DNA of 64,000 bases from Ginglymostoma cirratum (GCA_024137785.1 JAHRHZ010000025.1:22546921-22610920); one strand, 5' to 3'; numbered from the stretch's first letter, positions 13,407-27,894 are shown. The notes: generated by a model not told the origin, from the letters alone. Translations and numbers: made by a program.

Positions 13407-13553
13407 AAACACGGTGTAATTCAGAAATTTCTGTAGAAGGGTCTCGACCCGAAATGTCAGCTTTCCTGCTCCTCTGATGCTGCTTGGCCTGCTGTGTTCA
13501 TCCAGCTTTACACTGTGTTATCTCAGATTCTCCAGCATCAGCAGTTCCTACTA
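13407..13553 (+). mobile_element. Short Penelope-like pLTR fragment with 16-bp TSD
   Basis: TCTCCATATCTAGAGT at 13391-13406 and 13554-13569; core CTGTAGA-A-GGGTC-TC-GACCC-GAAA-TGTC at 13431-13458; body matches the 50880/51420 family. Confidence 0.8.
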
Positions 13554-13614
13554 TCTCCATATCTAGAGTGTTGCCTTGAGATATCTCTCATCCCTGAGTC
13601 AGTCAGGCTTTTAT

Positions 13615-14240
13615 CTTAATACACTTGTGGGATGTAGACATCATTGGGTCAGCATTTATTGCCCATCTGTAGTCACCCTTGAAAAGGTTGTAATGAGCTG
13701 CCTTCTTGCACTGCTGCAGTGTGTTTGGTATAGACCCACAATGTCATTATCACAAAATCCCTACAGTGTGGAAACAGGCCCTTCGGCCCAAGAAGTCCAC
13801 ATCAACGCTCAGAGCACCCACCCAGACGTATCCTCCTATAACCAACCTAATCTACACATCTCTGAACACTATGGGCTATTTATCATGGCCAATCCACCTA
13901 GCCTGCACATCTTTGGACTATGGGAGGAAACCAGAGCACTCGGAGGAAACCCACGCCGACACGGGAAGAATGTGCAAACTTCACACAGACAGTTGCCCAA
14001 GGGCGGAAATGAATCCAGGTCCCTGGTGTTGTGAGGCAGCACTGCTAGCCACTGAGCCACCATACCGCCCCGGGGAGAGTGTTCCAGGATTTTACCCAAT
14101 GAAATTGAAGTATTGAAGTAAAGAACTGTGAATGGCTCAGAGGGGAACTTGCAGGTGGTCATGTTCCCAAGTATATGCTGTCCTTTTCCTTCTAGATAGA
14201 AGTGGTCATGGGTTTGGAAGGTACTGTCTAAGGTGCTTCA
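13615..14240 (-). mobile_element. 3' fragment of a CR1/L2-group LINE, split by a SINE
   Basis: Matches the reverse complement of the 45150-45475 LINE end (CAGCATTTATTGCCCATC, GGGGAACTTGCAGGTGGT). Confidence 0.75.
13752..14070 (-). mobile_element. HE1-like V-SINE
   Basis: Reverse complement starts GGGCGGTATGGTGGCTCAGTGGCTAGCAGTGCTGCCTCAC; same body and tail as the 10157 copy. Confidence 0.88.
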
Positions 14241-15325
14241 TGAAATGGAAGCGAAGTATCACTAAGTATAAAGGAGCTTGCATAAATGACTGGGAAACAT
14301 TCAGCAATTAGAAAAAGCGCAGCAGTAAAATATCTGGCAGCACACAGACCTGTCCTGTGCTGGATTGTAGGGGATCAGATGGAAGCTCGGCACAAAGACA
14401 TTAGGGACTGTTCGCACAAGAATCAAACATTACAACAAGGTGCAAGGTAAAACTAAAACATACCTTAAAGTAGTGCGTTGAAGAACAGGTAAATGTTACA
14501 TTCATCCCATTCAACAACTTTCTTGTGTCCCTCTTCTTGTTATATAGATACTTGCACTAATTAAATGACATCCTCTAACTTCACACCAGTGATAAACCAC
14601 TAGTATAAACAGGACTTTTTTAAAATGACTCACTCACCAGTGAAATAGGGAAAGAACTGATAGGAAGAAGGTGAGTAATACAATACACCAATTTGTGTAA
14701 TAGCTCTAAATTTCTGCAAAAAAGTATATCACGATACTTTTCCAATCAAAATGAATGTCGATGTGACAGCAGCTGAAGCTATCAAAATGATGCCATGAGA
14801 AATGCAATGTACCTAGTGAATTGAATGTGCTCTTTGTGTCTGATTTGTAAAGAACATTTTGCCTAAGTGTTGGGTAAATAAATGCATGATGAAGATGGCA
14901 ATGTGGTTGCACTCTTCAGGCTAATGCTGTGACAGATAGCATAGCAGACCACGTTGTTTCTTCTGGCACTACACGTTGCCTTCAGCAATGAGTATCCACA
15001 CTGCCACATACTTCAGAAGTTAGAAAAAGCTGTTTTTATACAATGAAAGTGATTATGCTGTTCCGCTTTTATTCTGCAAATAATATGATACAATATTTTA
15101 TGCAACCAATCAACTTAACATAATGCGCTTTTCTCAGTTGTGCGACAGACAACTGGTCGCATTTGTAGCATCAATTGCACCTCATACCTATTGTTATTGT
15201 TTATACTGTACTGGCTGTGCATCATGAAGGGATTTGTGATAGTTGAATGTATTTATAAAGTACTCCATTTAAACATCATGTCAGCCTTCATAGAATGAGA
15301 GAAATTCAGAAGAGCAGGCTGAACG

Positions 15326-15377
15326 CTGTTTAAACACTCAAAGCAATTTTTCTGTTTAAACACTCGAAGCAAATTTT
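15326..15377. repeat. 26-bp tandem duplication
   Basis: CTGTTTAAACACTCAAAGCAATTTTT followed by CTGTTTAAACACTCGAAGCAAATTTT. Confidence 0.9.
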
Positions 15378-16559
15378 GATGCTGTAGTTTTGATGTTTTG
15401 TTTCTGTCTTAAAGGTTCCAGTGAGATTCTAAAGGGCCTCACAAATGTACGCTCTCATCTGTAATGAATGGAAACAATTTGCTTACCATTTTGTTTCCTG
15501 CTGCGGTGCAGGACTATTTTTGCTGCTGTTTTGCAAATGAATTCTTTGTTGATGCAAGGGCCCAAATGCCAAACAATCAGAACCAGCATGTATTAATGGA
15601 GTTCAATTAAGAAAGATCCTGTTGTTCCAAAATTTTGTGAAATCCTTCATCTGAATACTGTATGTTATGTAGCCACAGAGGCACATAAGGAATCCAATCC
15701 CTCAGATACTGGAGAAATTGTTGGAATACTGACAGGATTGATGAAGTTTGGAATGGCTGCGACAAACAAGAGAGACAGAGATCTGAAACAATGCATAATC
15801 TTAGACTGGCCATCTATAGTATCCTCAACTTGGAGAATTTGGAGACCTTTGCTGCAGCTGTCTGTCACATCAGATTTAAAAACTTTCAGGCCCTCCACTG
15901 CACTGTTACTGAGGAACAGACGCAGCTGGTGTTGTGGAGCCAAAGGGGAGCAGCTCGGAAACATTGATATACTTTGTGAGTTTGCAATGCAGAGTCAACC
16001 TGGACAGAGCAATGTGTCTTAATGGTTTATTTAGGTTTTATATTTTCTTTTCATTTGTTAATCAAGTGCAACTTCTAATTAGGACAGGAGCATTGTTGAG
16101 GTAATACAGTAGAAAACACTGCAGTTTCATAACACACTGTGATGAACATTGTATTTTCATATCTTTATCCTTCTTTCTTTTTCTGGAGGATGTATCAAAC
16201 CAGCTAAGCACATTTAATGTTTTGCACCTTAAATGTTTATTCGTGAGCTAATTAGCAGTTTGGCTTCTGGGATCCTTCTAATCAAACTTCTACAAACAAA
16301 TGTACGGCCTCATAAATAGTTATATTATTTGTGACTGACTGGGAATGTATGTTTGTTCTACAGCAAGACATTAATTATATTTCTTGCAGATTAGGCATTA
16401 ACTTAGAAATGAAAATTTCATGTTTATAAAAAGGGACCAATTCTAGCCAACAGCACTTTTCTCAGAGTTAAAGATTCTTATTTGTCTGTTGTCCTATCCT
16501 GAAAGTTCTAACTATTGCTGTTGATTGGCTCCTTTTGTTCTACCTGTGCTTTTCTACCT

Positions 16560-16830
16560 TATCCAAGAGGCCATGTGATATCTGTGAGCATAGTCAATGC
16601 AGGCTAATTTGGGGAGAGGGGCATCACAAGCTGAATCCTCTTGTGATGCAATGCGCACACAAGCACATTTCCACCAGAAATCATTGCATCACAATTAGAA
16701 GTTGGTTGTCTTGTGTTTTCTTTTTCTGATGACCAAATGTAGCAATTGTAAGATGACCTGAGCTCACAAGAGCTACTTTAGTGCATGTCAGAAACAAATC
16801 CTGAGATTTCCCTGGTCAATGAGGCTCTCC
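16560..16830 (-). mobile_element. Ancient SINE-like repeat (probably the same family as 25945 and 54850)
   Basis: Weak by-eye similarity (CTGGTGGAAATGTGC vs CTGCTGGGAAGT vs CTGATGGAAAGT) and a tRNA-like head. Confidence 0.35.
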
Positions 16831-19440
16831 ATTGCACTGGTCAGCGAATTTACCAATTGTGAAAACAAATAAAGATCATTTGAAGTATTTTCCAACGTGA
16901 AGCTTTTCCCTATACATGTTTCTGTTATGCACTGGAGAATAACCTGACTCAGAATTTTAAGAGGATCTGAAAACTGAGACTGAGTTAATGATAAAACGGC
17001 TTGTAAATGTACACTAGTAACCAGTTATGCACTCGACCTTGATTACTCATTGCACCCCAGGGTATTGCAGCATAGATATATAATAGCCAGCAAACCAGAT
17101 CATTGGGTTTCTGCTACTTTATTGTTGCCCTGGGATTCTCACAGCTTTCTTGGAGGAACATAACTTGACTTATGCATGCAGCACCTACAAGCTGGTATTG
17201 GACTTAACGTCAAACTCTTGATGCCGGAGAGTCCTTGATAGATAGTAAGATTGGACTTCTCTCAGATTTGTCTCCCCTTTAGAAGTTTGCATTTCATTTG
17301 GGCTCAGGAAGTACCAATAGCACACACTCAACAACACTGCAGCTGTCTTTAAATTTTCTAATGCTGGCACTGGACACAGGAGACAGGCCACTTGGTAGTT
17401 TGAAACTACAAATAAATGCAATCTCAAAGTTTAACAGATACTGTGCATTTCAGCAGGCCATTCCTTTTAGCATCCAGCATAACAAGACCAAAGAAAATTA
17501 CCTTATAGTGTCTAAACAATGTCTGTAATATATGCAAAATACAGTTGCTGTATAATTTCTGTGACACATACACAGAAAATACATTTCTATATATTCATAG
17601 TGCTTGGACATCATTAACTTACTACCTTATTTGCATTGATCACCCAGGAAAATAAATTGTTTTACATACATGAGAGGGTAAATATGATTGCCACACAATG
17701 TTAACATCAAATTTTGTTAAATTCAACAATTTTCTTCCTTTCTACCCAGGAACAAGCATTAACAAATAGTTTATTTTGAAAAGGCAAAAACATACCCCAG
17801 TGAAAAAGTGGGTATGGACATCTTTTTTATGTTTCATTTTCAAACTAAGGAGCTTCAAAAGCATCAGAGCTATATCTATCTCCTCATAGCTAAAATCAAA
17901 TCACATTAGCAATGTTTCCTCTCTCTCATTGTAGATTTACTTACATTTCTTTTGTCTGTTCTTCATTGATGTCCATATTCAGGACTTTCTAGCCTAACAT
18001 GTGTCTTGCAGTCAAATTTTCACTGATGGACTCTTGGTCATTAGCTTTCCAAGTTACAAAAATATCTTCTTATGCACTATTTCAATTCAGAGATCACCTA
18101 ACAGGGAGCCACACGCATTATACATACATTTCAGGAAATAAAAGTTTCTTTGTCAGAATTGGTCTCACATTGATGTCACATTGTTTGCTACATTCCCGAT
18201 GTGTCTCTGATTTTCCCATTTTTGTCATGTGACACAACCACTGCCATCATCATGCAAAGCAAAGTTCTTGTGTGAGATGGCTGAAATCACCACAACTGAA
18301 TTAAGTAACTGTTCCACTACTTTTTCTCTCAATCATTTCAGTCAAAGCCTCCTCTTTCTCTCTCTTTATAGGGGATAGGAACAGTTTTGATGAGAGTTAT
18401 AGGCTGGTCTATAATCTTGAAATTTAAACAATTCTTAAAACACCTACGTTGACTTTTAACCCTTAGCATAGTCCATCTCACTTGCCCTATTGTTTCAACA
18501 CATATCTAACCACTTATGAAGACATTCGGCTCATTTTAACTCACATTGATTCCAATTTGGCCAGGAGCAACAGATACAGCAACGATGCTAGGGTTTCAGT
18601 CGACAGCTGGACAGATCAATGGCACAATCATTTTTTGTTTCAAAGCAATCCCAAAGTAAAACAATTGTCTATACTGCTTCCATCTGCATGCAAGTGGCAG
18701 AGTTTATACAAGCAACTTTAAGTGCAGCAAACTAAATGGTGCAGTGCACAGTCATAGTGTTAAACATAGAAAAGGGAAAGTTAAACACTCTGTGAAGCTG
18801 CATTACCTTATTCAGTTTTGCCTGGAGAGTGATTCTGGGCAGTTGCATAATTGGAAATAAACAACAGATCTTCATTCATTTTTAACCAATGACAAAAAGT
18901 AATTTTACAAACTCCGACGTAATGCACGAGTAAGGGCACGAGCATCTCCTTCAGCTGCCAGTGTCAACCTGTTTATCTTCTCCTTCAGGCCCTTATTCCA
19001 TTAACCCCCACATTGCTAAATTCTTTATATTTAGAAAATTTTGTCGATGTAAATAACATTACAAATTTATCTGGAATGAACTCATGCTATGACTTAATTG
19101 CTATGATTTATTAAAATAGCAATGAGAAAAAATAATTTTTTTATGCATTACTATAATGTTGTGGTGCACGGACAAGTTGAGTTCACAGTTTATCAATCGT
19201 ACCAAAGATTACACACAAATTACCTTGAATTTTGTGAATGTAAAAGTAGAATTCAATCATTAAAGGATGAGGTGTTTTAAAGCAGTAGTGTGTGCCCTTA
19301 TGAGAAGCAGTGCATATGCACAGATATATCTGCATATTCACATGACAACAGCTGAAGAAATAGGGGCAGAAGTTAAGACCTAACCAATTTTGAGATGTGT
19401 GATTGCATGCATATATGTATACACACGTGTATTATCAATC

Positions 19441-19725
19441 TTGACTCAGTGTCGGATTCTCACCTCTTAAGTAAGAAGGTTATGAGTTTTGTCCAACTCC
19501 AAAGAGTTGAAGACAGAAATCTGGGCTGACACTCCAGTGCAGTACTGAGGGAGCACTGCCCTGCTAGACATGCGGTCTTTTGGATCAGAAATTTCTCTTG
19601 GCAGCATAAAAGCTCCTGTGACATGATTTGAAAGACTAATGGTGGGGGTTAATCCTGGTGTTCTGCCCAATAGTTATCCTCCAATCAACATCACAACAGG
19701 AAGAACTTGACCATTTTATCAACAC
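19441..19725 (+). mobile_element. Deu-domain SINE
   Basis: GGCTGACACTCCAGTGCAGTACTGAGGGAGCACTGC, GTCTTTTGGATCAGA, CCAATAGTTATCCTCCAATCAACATCAC. Confidence 0.78.
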
Positions 19726-19823
19726 TTTGACAGCATAAAGTTTGAACCATTTTTTTCACTGGCAATGTCCTATTGGTATGTTCTGGGCTGATAGAAATGA
19801 TGTGGTAATGGGTGAAGACTCAC

Positions 19824-19961
19824 CTTACGTTTTCTAAGGTCAGTAAAGCACTTCCTGGCTCTGTGATGTTCTTGGGTTTTATTCTGACAAATTACTTGTA
19901 CTTTTAGCAGGCGGGTCACTGATGGTTTAAGTCTCTCATCTACATTTGTAAGGAACCTCAT
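19824..19961 (-). CDS. Candidate alternative N-terminal exon (46 aa, MRFLTNVDER...DLRKRK), phase 0; gene unidentified
   Basis: ACCATGA start, 46 open codons, consensus donor AAG|GTGAGT, possible acceptor TTTCTTGCAG just upstream (exon start 19976). Confidence 0.25.
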
Positions 19962-21256
19962 GGTTGCTTTGGGCGACTGCAAGAAATGCTTCTGAGGTGC
20001 TTTCACCAATTTGACAATGCACCTAATGCAGGCACAGGACAATCTTGGGGCATTGAATCTCAAAATTATACTGTTCTTAATCTCTGTCCCTATCTCTTCG
20101 GCTACTTCACATTCACACAGTTTAAGATCTGAGTCATAGGTGTGCTGTCCTCCTTCTGGATTCTTCTTTCTTTTCTAAAATTCAAAAATAATCCAAACAA
20201 TATATAACAACTGTTTTGTAATACAATATTGGAAGAACTGTTATTGCACATTCACATCAGATCTTTGTAATTTTATGAATCAGCATCATCATGATTTGAG
20301 GCATATTAGCCCTAAAGTGGGTCCCCCACAAGACTCTCATCAATGGTTTCTCAAGGGGCCTGATAGCAGATTTCAATTCAAACTAATTGAACTGCTTAAC
20401 TTTGGGCAGTGTTTGATTCTTGTTCCAGATTTGTGCTCATTTTGATTAAATTATGACAAATCTCTATAGCTTTAAGTGTATTTTACACAACAGAATTTTT
20501 GTCTCCGGAAGGAATTTTAATTTATTCTACGAAGAGACAACAGTAATATTTTCATGCAGGGGGAGACTGTTCAAGGCAATGACCAATTTGAGGCTGTGAG
20601 TGGGTTAAATTTGTTCTCCAAGCTTCAGTATTTGCCTGCTATTTTTGGCAACGTTGAATGAAGTTCTCCCAGGCTATTAATAATGAGAGTGTGAAATTCA
20701 ATTGGACCCTGCTATATAAGGTAATGAAGATGCTATTCACAGCTAAATATACCCATCAAACCAGGAATGAAACTTGCACCCAAAACGCTGGGCAAAGTGA
20801 CTGCTAAACAATGCAAGGACACAGTCAAACGGTAACAAGAACCAGAATCAGAACTGTCATTCTCAAGTGCCTACTTCCAAAATGAGATAATATTGCATCA
20901 GTTATGTAAAGATTGCAAAGCCACATCAAATGGTTTCTGAAAGCCTGAAGACTTGCATATTTAAATAAAAAACAGATTGCTAATACTGATTCCAACTTGT
21001 GTTTTTATTTGTTTTTATTGATTGAATTTACACATTTGTTAAATCCAATAAGATGAATTTTGCTCTCCCTGTAATTATGTGTTTTAAACAGTGCATGAAA
21101 TGATCGTTGACTTATGAAGATGGATAAGGAAGTTACATTTACAAGGTGTCTTTGTGTCTTAATATTCTAATTTACTTCCAAGCCAATGTGTTATTTTGTC
21201 AAGTGAACTAATACAGCAAAACCCCAACAAACGGCAATCCAACCAGTTAAAAGAAC

Positions 21257-21470
21257 AGTAAGGAAAGTCACCATAGTCTCACTCCCTCATTAGAGAGAGA
21301 GACAACTGGTGGTGATTTAACCTGAGGGTCACCACAACTCAGGCAAGGGGAGAGGTTGAAAAGAAAGGACCTTCATGGTAACCTCAGCTAGTATAGGAAT
21401 TTAACCCACGCTGTTGCTAGGACTTTGCCTCACCAATTAGCCATCCAGCCAACTGAGCTAACTGACCCCC
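21257..21470 (-). mobile_element. tRNA-derived SINE (~210 bp family)
   Basis: Reverse complement GGGGGTCAGTTAGCTCAGTTGG...GGTTACCATGAAGGTCC...GACCCTCAGGTTAAA...GACTATGGTGACTTT; second copy at 24619. Confidence 0.75.
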
Positions 21471-23576
21471 AGTGCACCAGTGCACTCGGCCCCACCAATG
21501 GAGGCACTGGTAGTCTCCACTATCCAAAAATCACAAAGAGCTGGCTGCAGGCAGGAGTGCAACCACAGAATATCGGGTACTAGAGGCCAGCTCCCAGCAC
21601 TCTGTTAAACTGTTGCAAAAGGCTTTGTGGAACACAGTGGAATAGATTGGGGTGCAAAACTGGAGACAGAAGAAGCCAAAACATTCCTCGTAGTCTCATA
21701 AAAGTTTAAAAATAAAAGGAAAGTCCTGCTCATCTCAGTATTACAAGCCTGCAGTTATTACTGCCTCAATGGCACTTTGGGAATTTCTTTCTAAGTTAGG
21801 AAATATTTTTACTGTGATGATGTAGTCCTTGAAAACCAGAAAGGAATTCCTAGGGTTTGCATTCCAATTCATCCAGTGCACTCCATCCTGTCACTCATCA
21901 ACTGAGACTGTGGGTGGTTTTTAATGTAAGTGGAAGGAATCTCACCAACAGGCTGGAGAGTGGCGTGAAACATTTGTCATCTATTTTTGGGGAGTGCCAA
22001 TCACTCACTTAACTGGACAGTGGTGGCACTTTTGGGAAATGAAGGACATCAGGAATGGAAATCCCAAATGACCACCTCCTTTCTCAGGGACCTGGAGCTG
22101 CTGGCCATTCAGAAGCTGGAAGCTGTGTAGTACTCAATAACACCACCAGGGGAGGCTGCTGCTGGTGATGCTCCAACCCAAGAACCAGATCATCAATGGA
22201 CTCAAGCAGGGTGGGAGGAGGCTGATGGGCAGGCGGTCACAGGGGAGGGGTCTTCAGCAAGGGAAAGGCTATACCCCTCCAGTGCTGAGTCCCTTGATCA
22301 GATATGGAGTGCCTTAGAATGAGGGAGCTCAAGGCTCCACCCACTCTTTTGCCCCCACCCCCAGAGAGTTGCAAGCTACCGAGGGAGGATTTGGTTTCTC
22401 ATGCTCCCTGTTTGGTGAGCTCCTTGCCTACTGTTGATGAATGCCCCCTCAAGAGTCTTAATTCGTGGCTGTCTATTCTTACCCAGACCTAGTCGAGACG
22501 GAGGCTGAACGTCAGTGTGGTTCCCAACCCCACACCTCTCCTACTTGATTAAATGCCACCAACCACATTAGGGTGGATGACATTAACTGCTACCCTTCCA
22601 CTGACACTTGGATTCAATGGGCCCAATTTGAGGATTGTAATCCCATCTGTGGCTATCATAAAATCATAAAATCTATCATAAAATGCGGCTGGTGGAGTCA
22701 ACTGCAGGATCGTCGGAAAACCTCAACAGCCAAAAACAATGGCTAAACTCCCACAATCAGATGGAGAAGATATAAAGATGGTTATGGTTATGTTATACAT
22801 CATTCTCAGGCCAATTTTCAACGTGCAAAAGTCCAAAAAAAGGACTGCCCATCAAAAAGTATTTTTTCACAGCGAATGAGAAATATTTTGTCCGTTTCAA
22901 AATGTGATCTATGCAGCTTTATTCTCATCTTTGCCTACACTGAACCAAATGAATCAATATTCTAAGAGCACTTAAATATCTGACATGTCCTGCTTGATAG
23001 GAATCTTTATCACTATAACACAATATATATAAAGATCACTTCCATCCATTTGCAATCCTTTATGAGGCTGGAAAGGCCTGAAAGAGCTAATCCTAGGGAG
23101 TGGCAAAAGCACTAGGCACAACACAGGTGGAACAGCCTAGGATTTCAAAAAAGTGAGATGTAACATCTGGTCCACTCAAAGTTTCTGTAACAATGTCTTT
23201 CATAATTGATGTAACCTATAAGCAGTTTCTAAAATTGCAATAAGTTACATCTTGTTAACTATGAGAGATTCATCTGGTTAGACCAGGAAGTAGTTTTCCT
23301 TGAACCATTAGGCCAAGCAGATTCTATCATCTCCTACAATAAAAGAGGACAGAGGCAGAAACTTCCATCATGAGCAGCAGCTCGCAGACTTTAGTGAGCT
23401 GCTCTGGCCACTCAACAATCCCTTTTCAAAACTAAATAGTTACAAAGAATTATTATTCAGCTTCAGCATACAATTGGCATTTCATTTTTCAAATACTTTT
23501 TAAATGTTTAAAATATTGAGATATGTATCAGCTATGTAGTGGAACCCAACAGCATGACGTTAAAGTAACTATAGAA

Positions 23577-24872
23577 TGTGATGAAATTTTCTATTTATAT
23601 CCTTTTTATTTGGACCAAGCAAGCCAGCAATCAATGACTGGTAACAGTTATGGAGTTGCTATGTGACAACATTCAACTTTAGCCAGCATTAGGAGAGGGG
23701 TTTTTTGCAAGGTTTTCAATAGGTCACTCTGGACAATTCAGGGGTCGTTGAAGCTGAGTTCAAAAGTTACAGGTTGTTAGTGGGGGAGGAAGAAAGAGAC
23801 ATCAGCAGACTCTATGTTATAGTTATCTGTGTTATTAGGAAGACAGCTGGACTGCACAGGTTCTGTAGTGGGGTGTCAAGAGCAGTTGGATGGCTCCGTG
23901 CTGTTAGAACTTGGTGAGTAGCTAAGTGTTGAAGTCAAGACTCAGATGAAATCCTGATGAGCTGAGAAACTGAGGAGGTTCTGTGTTCTGGGTTCTGTGT
24001 TCAGGGAACTTGTGACAGGCTTGAGAAAAGCCTGCAAGCATTAATAGTACAGTACGGCTGAGAGGAGGGTAAAATCTACAAGCAGATGTCATAGAGGAAG
24101 ATTGGAGCTTACGGCAAAACCCAGGAGAAGTGTTAGCTTGGTGAAGCTGGCTGTCAGTGAAGTGCTGGAGTTATGCTTTTGAGTGAGTAATGGAGGTCAG
24201 TTTCAAAGTTCTGAGAGCTTAGATTCAAGAAGGCAATGTGAATGACTAGAATGGAAGCAGTAACTTAGGTAGTGCATGGCAGAGTGGCTCTTGAGAGGGA
24301 GTGTCAAGCCCAGACTGGCAAACACGAAGTTCAATGCTAATGAAGTTCAATGAGATCTGATGACCCATCTTGTCTGGAGGGAATTGCTGAGAAAACCATG
24401 GGATCTGTCTTGAACAAATTTCCTGCTTCATGTGCACTGTGGAGTGTTCAATCATAATCTATTAGCCATATTTATCACATGTTACTGCGGGTGTTATAAA
24501 TAAACTGTACATGTATTGTAATGTACATTGTGTTACTGTTTTTACATTTTACAGAAAAGTTTGTTGTTTGTTCAAAATTGGATCTTGTAGTTTTATTCTC
24601 TTGGGAGTTACCTAGAGAGGAGTCAGTCAGTTCAGTTGGTTGGACAGCTAGTTTGTATCGCAGAGTGATGTCAACAGCACAGATTCAATTTCCTTAGGTT
24701 ACCATGAAGGTCCTATCTTCTTAACTTTGCCCTTTACCTGAGGTGTGATGACCCTCAGGTTAAACTCACTACCAATTGTCTATCTCTATCTAATGAGCAA
24801 GTAGGACTATGGCAACTTTACTGGCTTACTGTCCTGTATCTCTCACAATCAACTTGAAAAAAGGTTATAACA
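23577..24872 (+). mobile_element. Possible ancient solo LTR, interrupted by a SINE
   Basis: TGTGATGA...TTATAACA ends, purine-rich body, AT-rich 3' part; no TSD seen. Confidence 0.25.
24619..24822 (+). mobile_element. tRNA-derived SINE, same family as 21257
   Basis: GGTTACCATGAAGGTCC, GACCCTCAGGTTAAA and GGACTATGGCAACTTTAC shared. Confidence 0.75.
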
Positions 24873-25944
24873 CAACTTTGTGTGGTCAGAATAGAAACAA
24901 GAGGAGCAGTCATTAACCTAGAGGTGCTGCAGAAATCCAGTCATTTCAACCATGCACATCAATTTAGCTGCCACCTGCTTCTGCCTCCCTTTCCCTACTC
25001 TGTCAGACTCTGTAACCCCAGTGAATCAATTCTTTGATTATGTCATCACCTCTGTGTTTAAATAAAAATATTCATAAATCAACAGAATAGGCAGAATGAG
25101 AAAACTCAGGGATGATAGATGCATTCATAATTCTAACCATTTGTTATTTTAAAATGATCACTGGCAGAAATCCTTCCCCTTTGCAAAGCTACCGATGAAT
25201 TCAATTTGTTTTTCAGCTGGAGGTTAGTTTGACAAATCTTGCGAGTAATCGTTTGTCAATTTGCATTTTCCCTGCTTCTGTGCTGCTGCTTGTGCTGGTC
25301 AATATTTTAGTCTCTCTTTGGAAACTGCTGAGGATGCCATGATTTTTAGCAGTGAATTAATAATCTGGAACACAAGGATAATTTATTTGTTAATCCAATC
25401 AAATCTGCAGAAAGAAATATCAGGAATGAGAAGCAAGTAGATTGGAATAATCTGGGAAAAAAATTACCTCAGGCTGTCATTCTCAGTCTCATACACTATT
25501 CATAAATTATTTTCACTTAACCATCTCCTTTATTTGTGAGCACGTAATTCAATCACTAATCTTGCCATATATATTAAATATCAATATGTCCAGTTTGATA
25601 GACATACAAAAATCATACATGCAGTAGATTCAAGACTGCTAAGTTAAAGACACATTGATCCTATTCAATCTGTGTGCAAACTAATATATAATTTATTATA
25701 AGTACAGAATTAACAAATCACAACTAGGACTGGAAATTAGAATTTCATTTCCCTCGAGTACTGGGAATGTGAAACAGACTCCAACAAAAGCCAACTAACA
25801 TGGTGTTGATAAACTAAATCAGACAGTGCAAATTACAAAGGTCAAGTGTTGGGCAGAAAAACACTTAGTTTTCCCTCCAAATCCACTCAATCTGCTCAGG
25901 CTTTTCTAGGTAATTTTCTGGAAAATGAAAGACACTGAAAGCTC

Positions 25945-26165
25945 CCTTGATAGCCTAGTTAGTGCACTGGTTGCTCTGGTACCATGGCTGTACTGAGCAG
26001 GAATGCCTCAGGCTCAATTCAGTGTTTCATGATCTCAGGTAAATTGGGAGCAAGCACATGTTACAATTTAGTGTGAGCTTATTGGGATACAGAAATCCAG
26101 CAGACATTGCACTCTTGGACACTCTTCAATGAACTCTGCTGGGAAGTCCTCATCTGGTCAAATAA
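25945..26165 (+). mobile_element. Ancient SINE-like repeat
   Basis: Degenerate A/B boxes (TAGCCTAGTTAG, GGCTCAATTC). Confidence 0.3.
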
Positions 26166-26874
26166 TATGTCAATGCAGGCTGAAGAAAGGCAAACTGGAT
26201 GAAATATCTAGGGACAGATCATTGATATGTTGCAAGGAGAGTAAAATAACTAGAACTGGAAACATCCTCACAAACCAGTGAATTCTTTCTTTTTAATTGG
26301 TGGTATTCCAGTTGAAAGATTTTAATGTAGGCTGTAAAAAGAAAGGATATTACAGCCTACTTATAACAGAAACTTCTGATTCTGATGAGCATGTTACTAT
26401 TGCTTCTTATCATTTTGTAAAACTTGGTTCTATTATATTGTATAAGGCATCTATTATTACTGAATCTTGCAGTTTACTAGAGCATGCTAGTAAAATTCCT
26501 TGTGGCGTTGAAATTTTGTGTTCCTGGTCTAATATCGTAATCACTACACTCTTATATCATGAATTGTAAATGTTCATTTAATAATATAAAATGGACAATG
26601 TTGACCTCAGGAATCGAGATTGGTAGTTAGAAAGTGTGTGCACGATACAAGGTTTTACTAGTAAGCAGATAGATACTTAAAGCAGATCTAAATGTGACCA
26701 GATCACAATCATTTTCCCTTCTAGAAAAGTGACAGACTCATGACTAAAGTCAGAATCTTTACAATGTTTTGTGGAATCACCTTTTTAAAAATAATTTAGA
26801 TAAATTAATATGTATTTGCATAGATGGATCTACTATCTAGTTTGTTCAGGTTCAACCAGAGATCAGTGCAATCT

Positions 26875-27255
26875 CAAAAGAGAGATGGCTGAAGGGTAAC
26901 CTGATAAACTGTTCTAAAATTTGAAGAGATTTGACATGGAAGACTTAGAGATGTTTCCAGTTGTGAAGGGTCTAAAATCAGGGGCCATAAATACAAAATA
27001 GTCACCAATAAATCCAATGACAAATTCAGAAAAGGCCTTCCTTAACCAGAGAGTGATTAGCATGTGAAACTTGCTACATAATGCGCGGTTGATGTTAATA
27101 GGATGAACATATTTAAAGGGAAGTTAGATACATGTGAGAGAAAAGTATTGACGGAAACATGGCTGGGTGAAACAAAATAGGGTGGAAGCATGCTTGTATG
27201 GTCCATAAACCCTGCACAGAACAATTGGGCAAAATAGACTGTTTTGTGCTGTAGA
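26875..27255 (+). mobile_element. CR1 3' fragment (old)
   Basis: RWLKGNLI..., GGGCCATAAATACAAAATAGTCACC, tail TGGGCAAAATAGACTGTTTTGTGCTGTA. Confidence 0.7.
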
Positions 27256-27894
27256 TTTGATGCAAGTTGAGGAACTCTTCAGGAATAAGCTGACATGTTG
27301 AAGAATCATAACAGCACCTGAAAATCATCGATAAAGCCTCTGACTGAAGTCAAGCCACTGACATTTGCACTTCCACAGATTGTGCATTAATTCATTCAGC
27401 TATGAGCTCTGAACTGTTTGCTTAAATGGAGGAAAACTTTGCACAATTTCTCCTTGATCCAATGTCTCACTCTCTCCTTTCACTATGTCCTCATTCTAAT
27501 CATCACCATTCTTTAGAAATTCCATTATTCTTGTTTCCTGACCTCAACTTGAAAATTCCACCCTAATGATGATAAAAAGGGCACAGAAAACAATCAGAAT
27601 ATCTCTTTATTTGATACTTCATATTATATCTTTCTTAGGATCTTTTGACTGCAAGACTATATTTCTAAAGGGGTTTCACATTGCATTTTATATTGTTCAT
27701 AATTTCTTTTCCCATCTGGATTTCCCTTACTAGTTTTTAAATTTGCTTCCCTTATTCTTGTTCCTTACTCTTTCATTCACTGTTCAGTATTAATAATTAC
27801 ATTTAAATTAAGTTCTCCTTTTTCTGTCCTTACCCCCCATATCTCTTCACTCCACCCTTGTTGCTGTACCTTGGTTCTGACAGTGTATTGCTGC

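Noticed and set aside
13576-14162. Overlapping ORFs of 97-152 aa
   Set aside because: They are translations of the HE1-like SINE and adjacent LINE fragment
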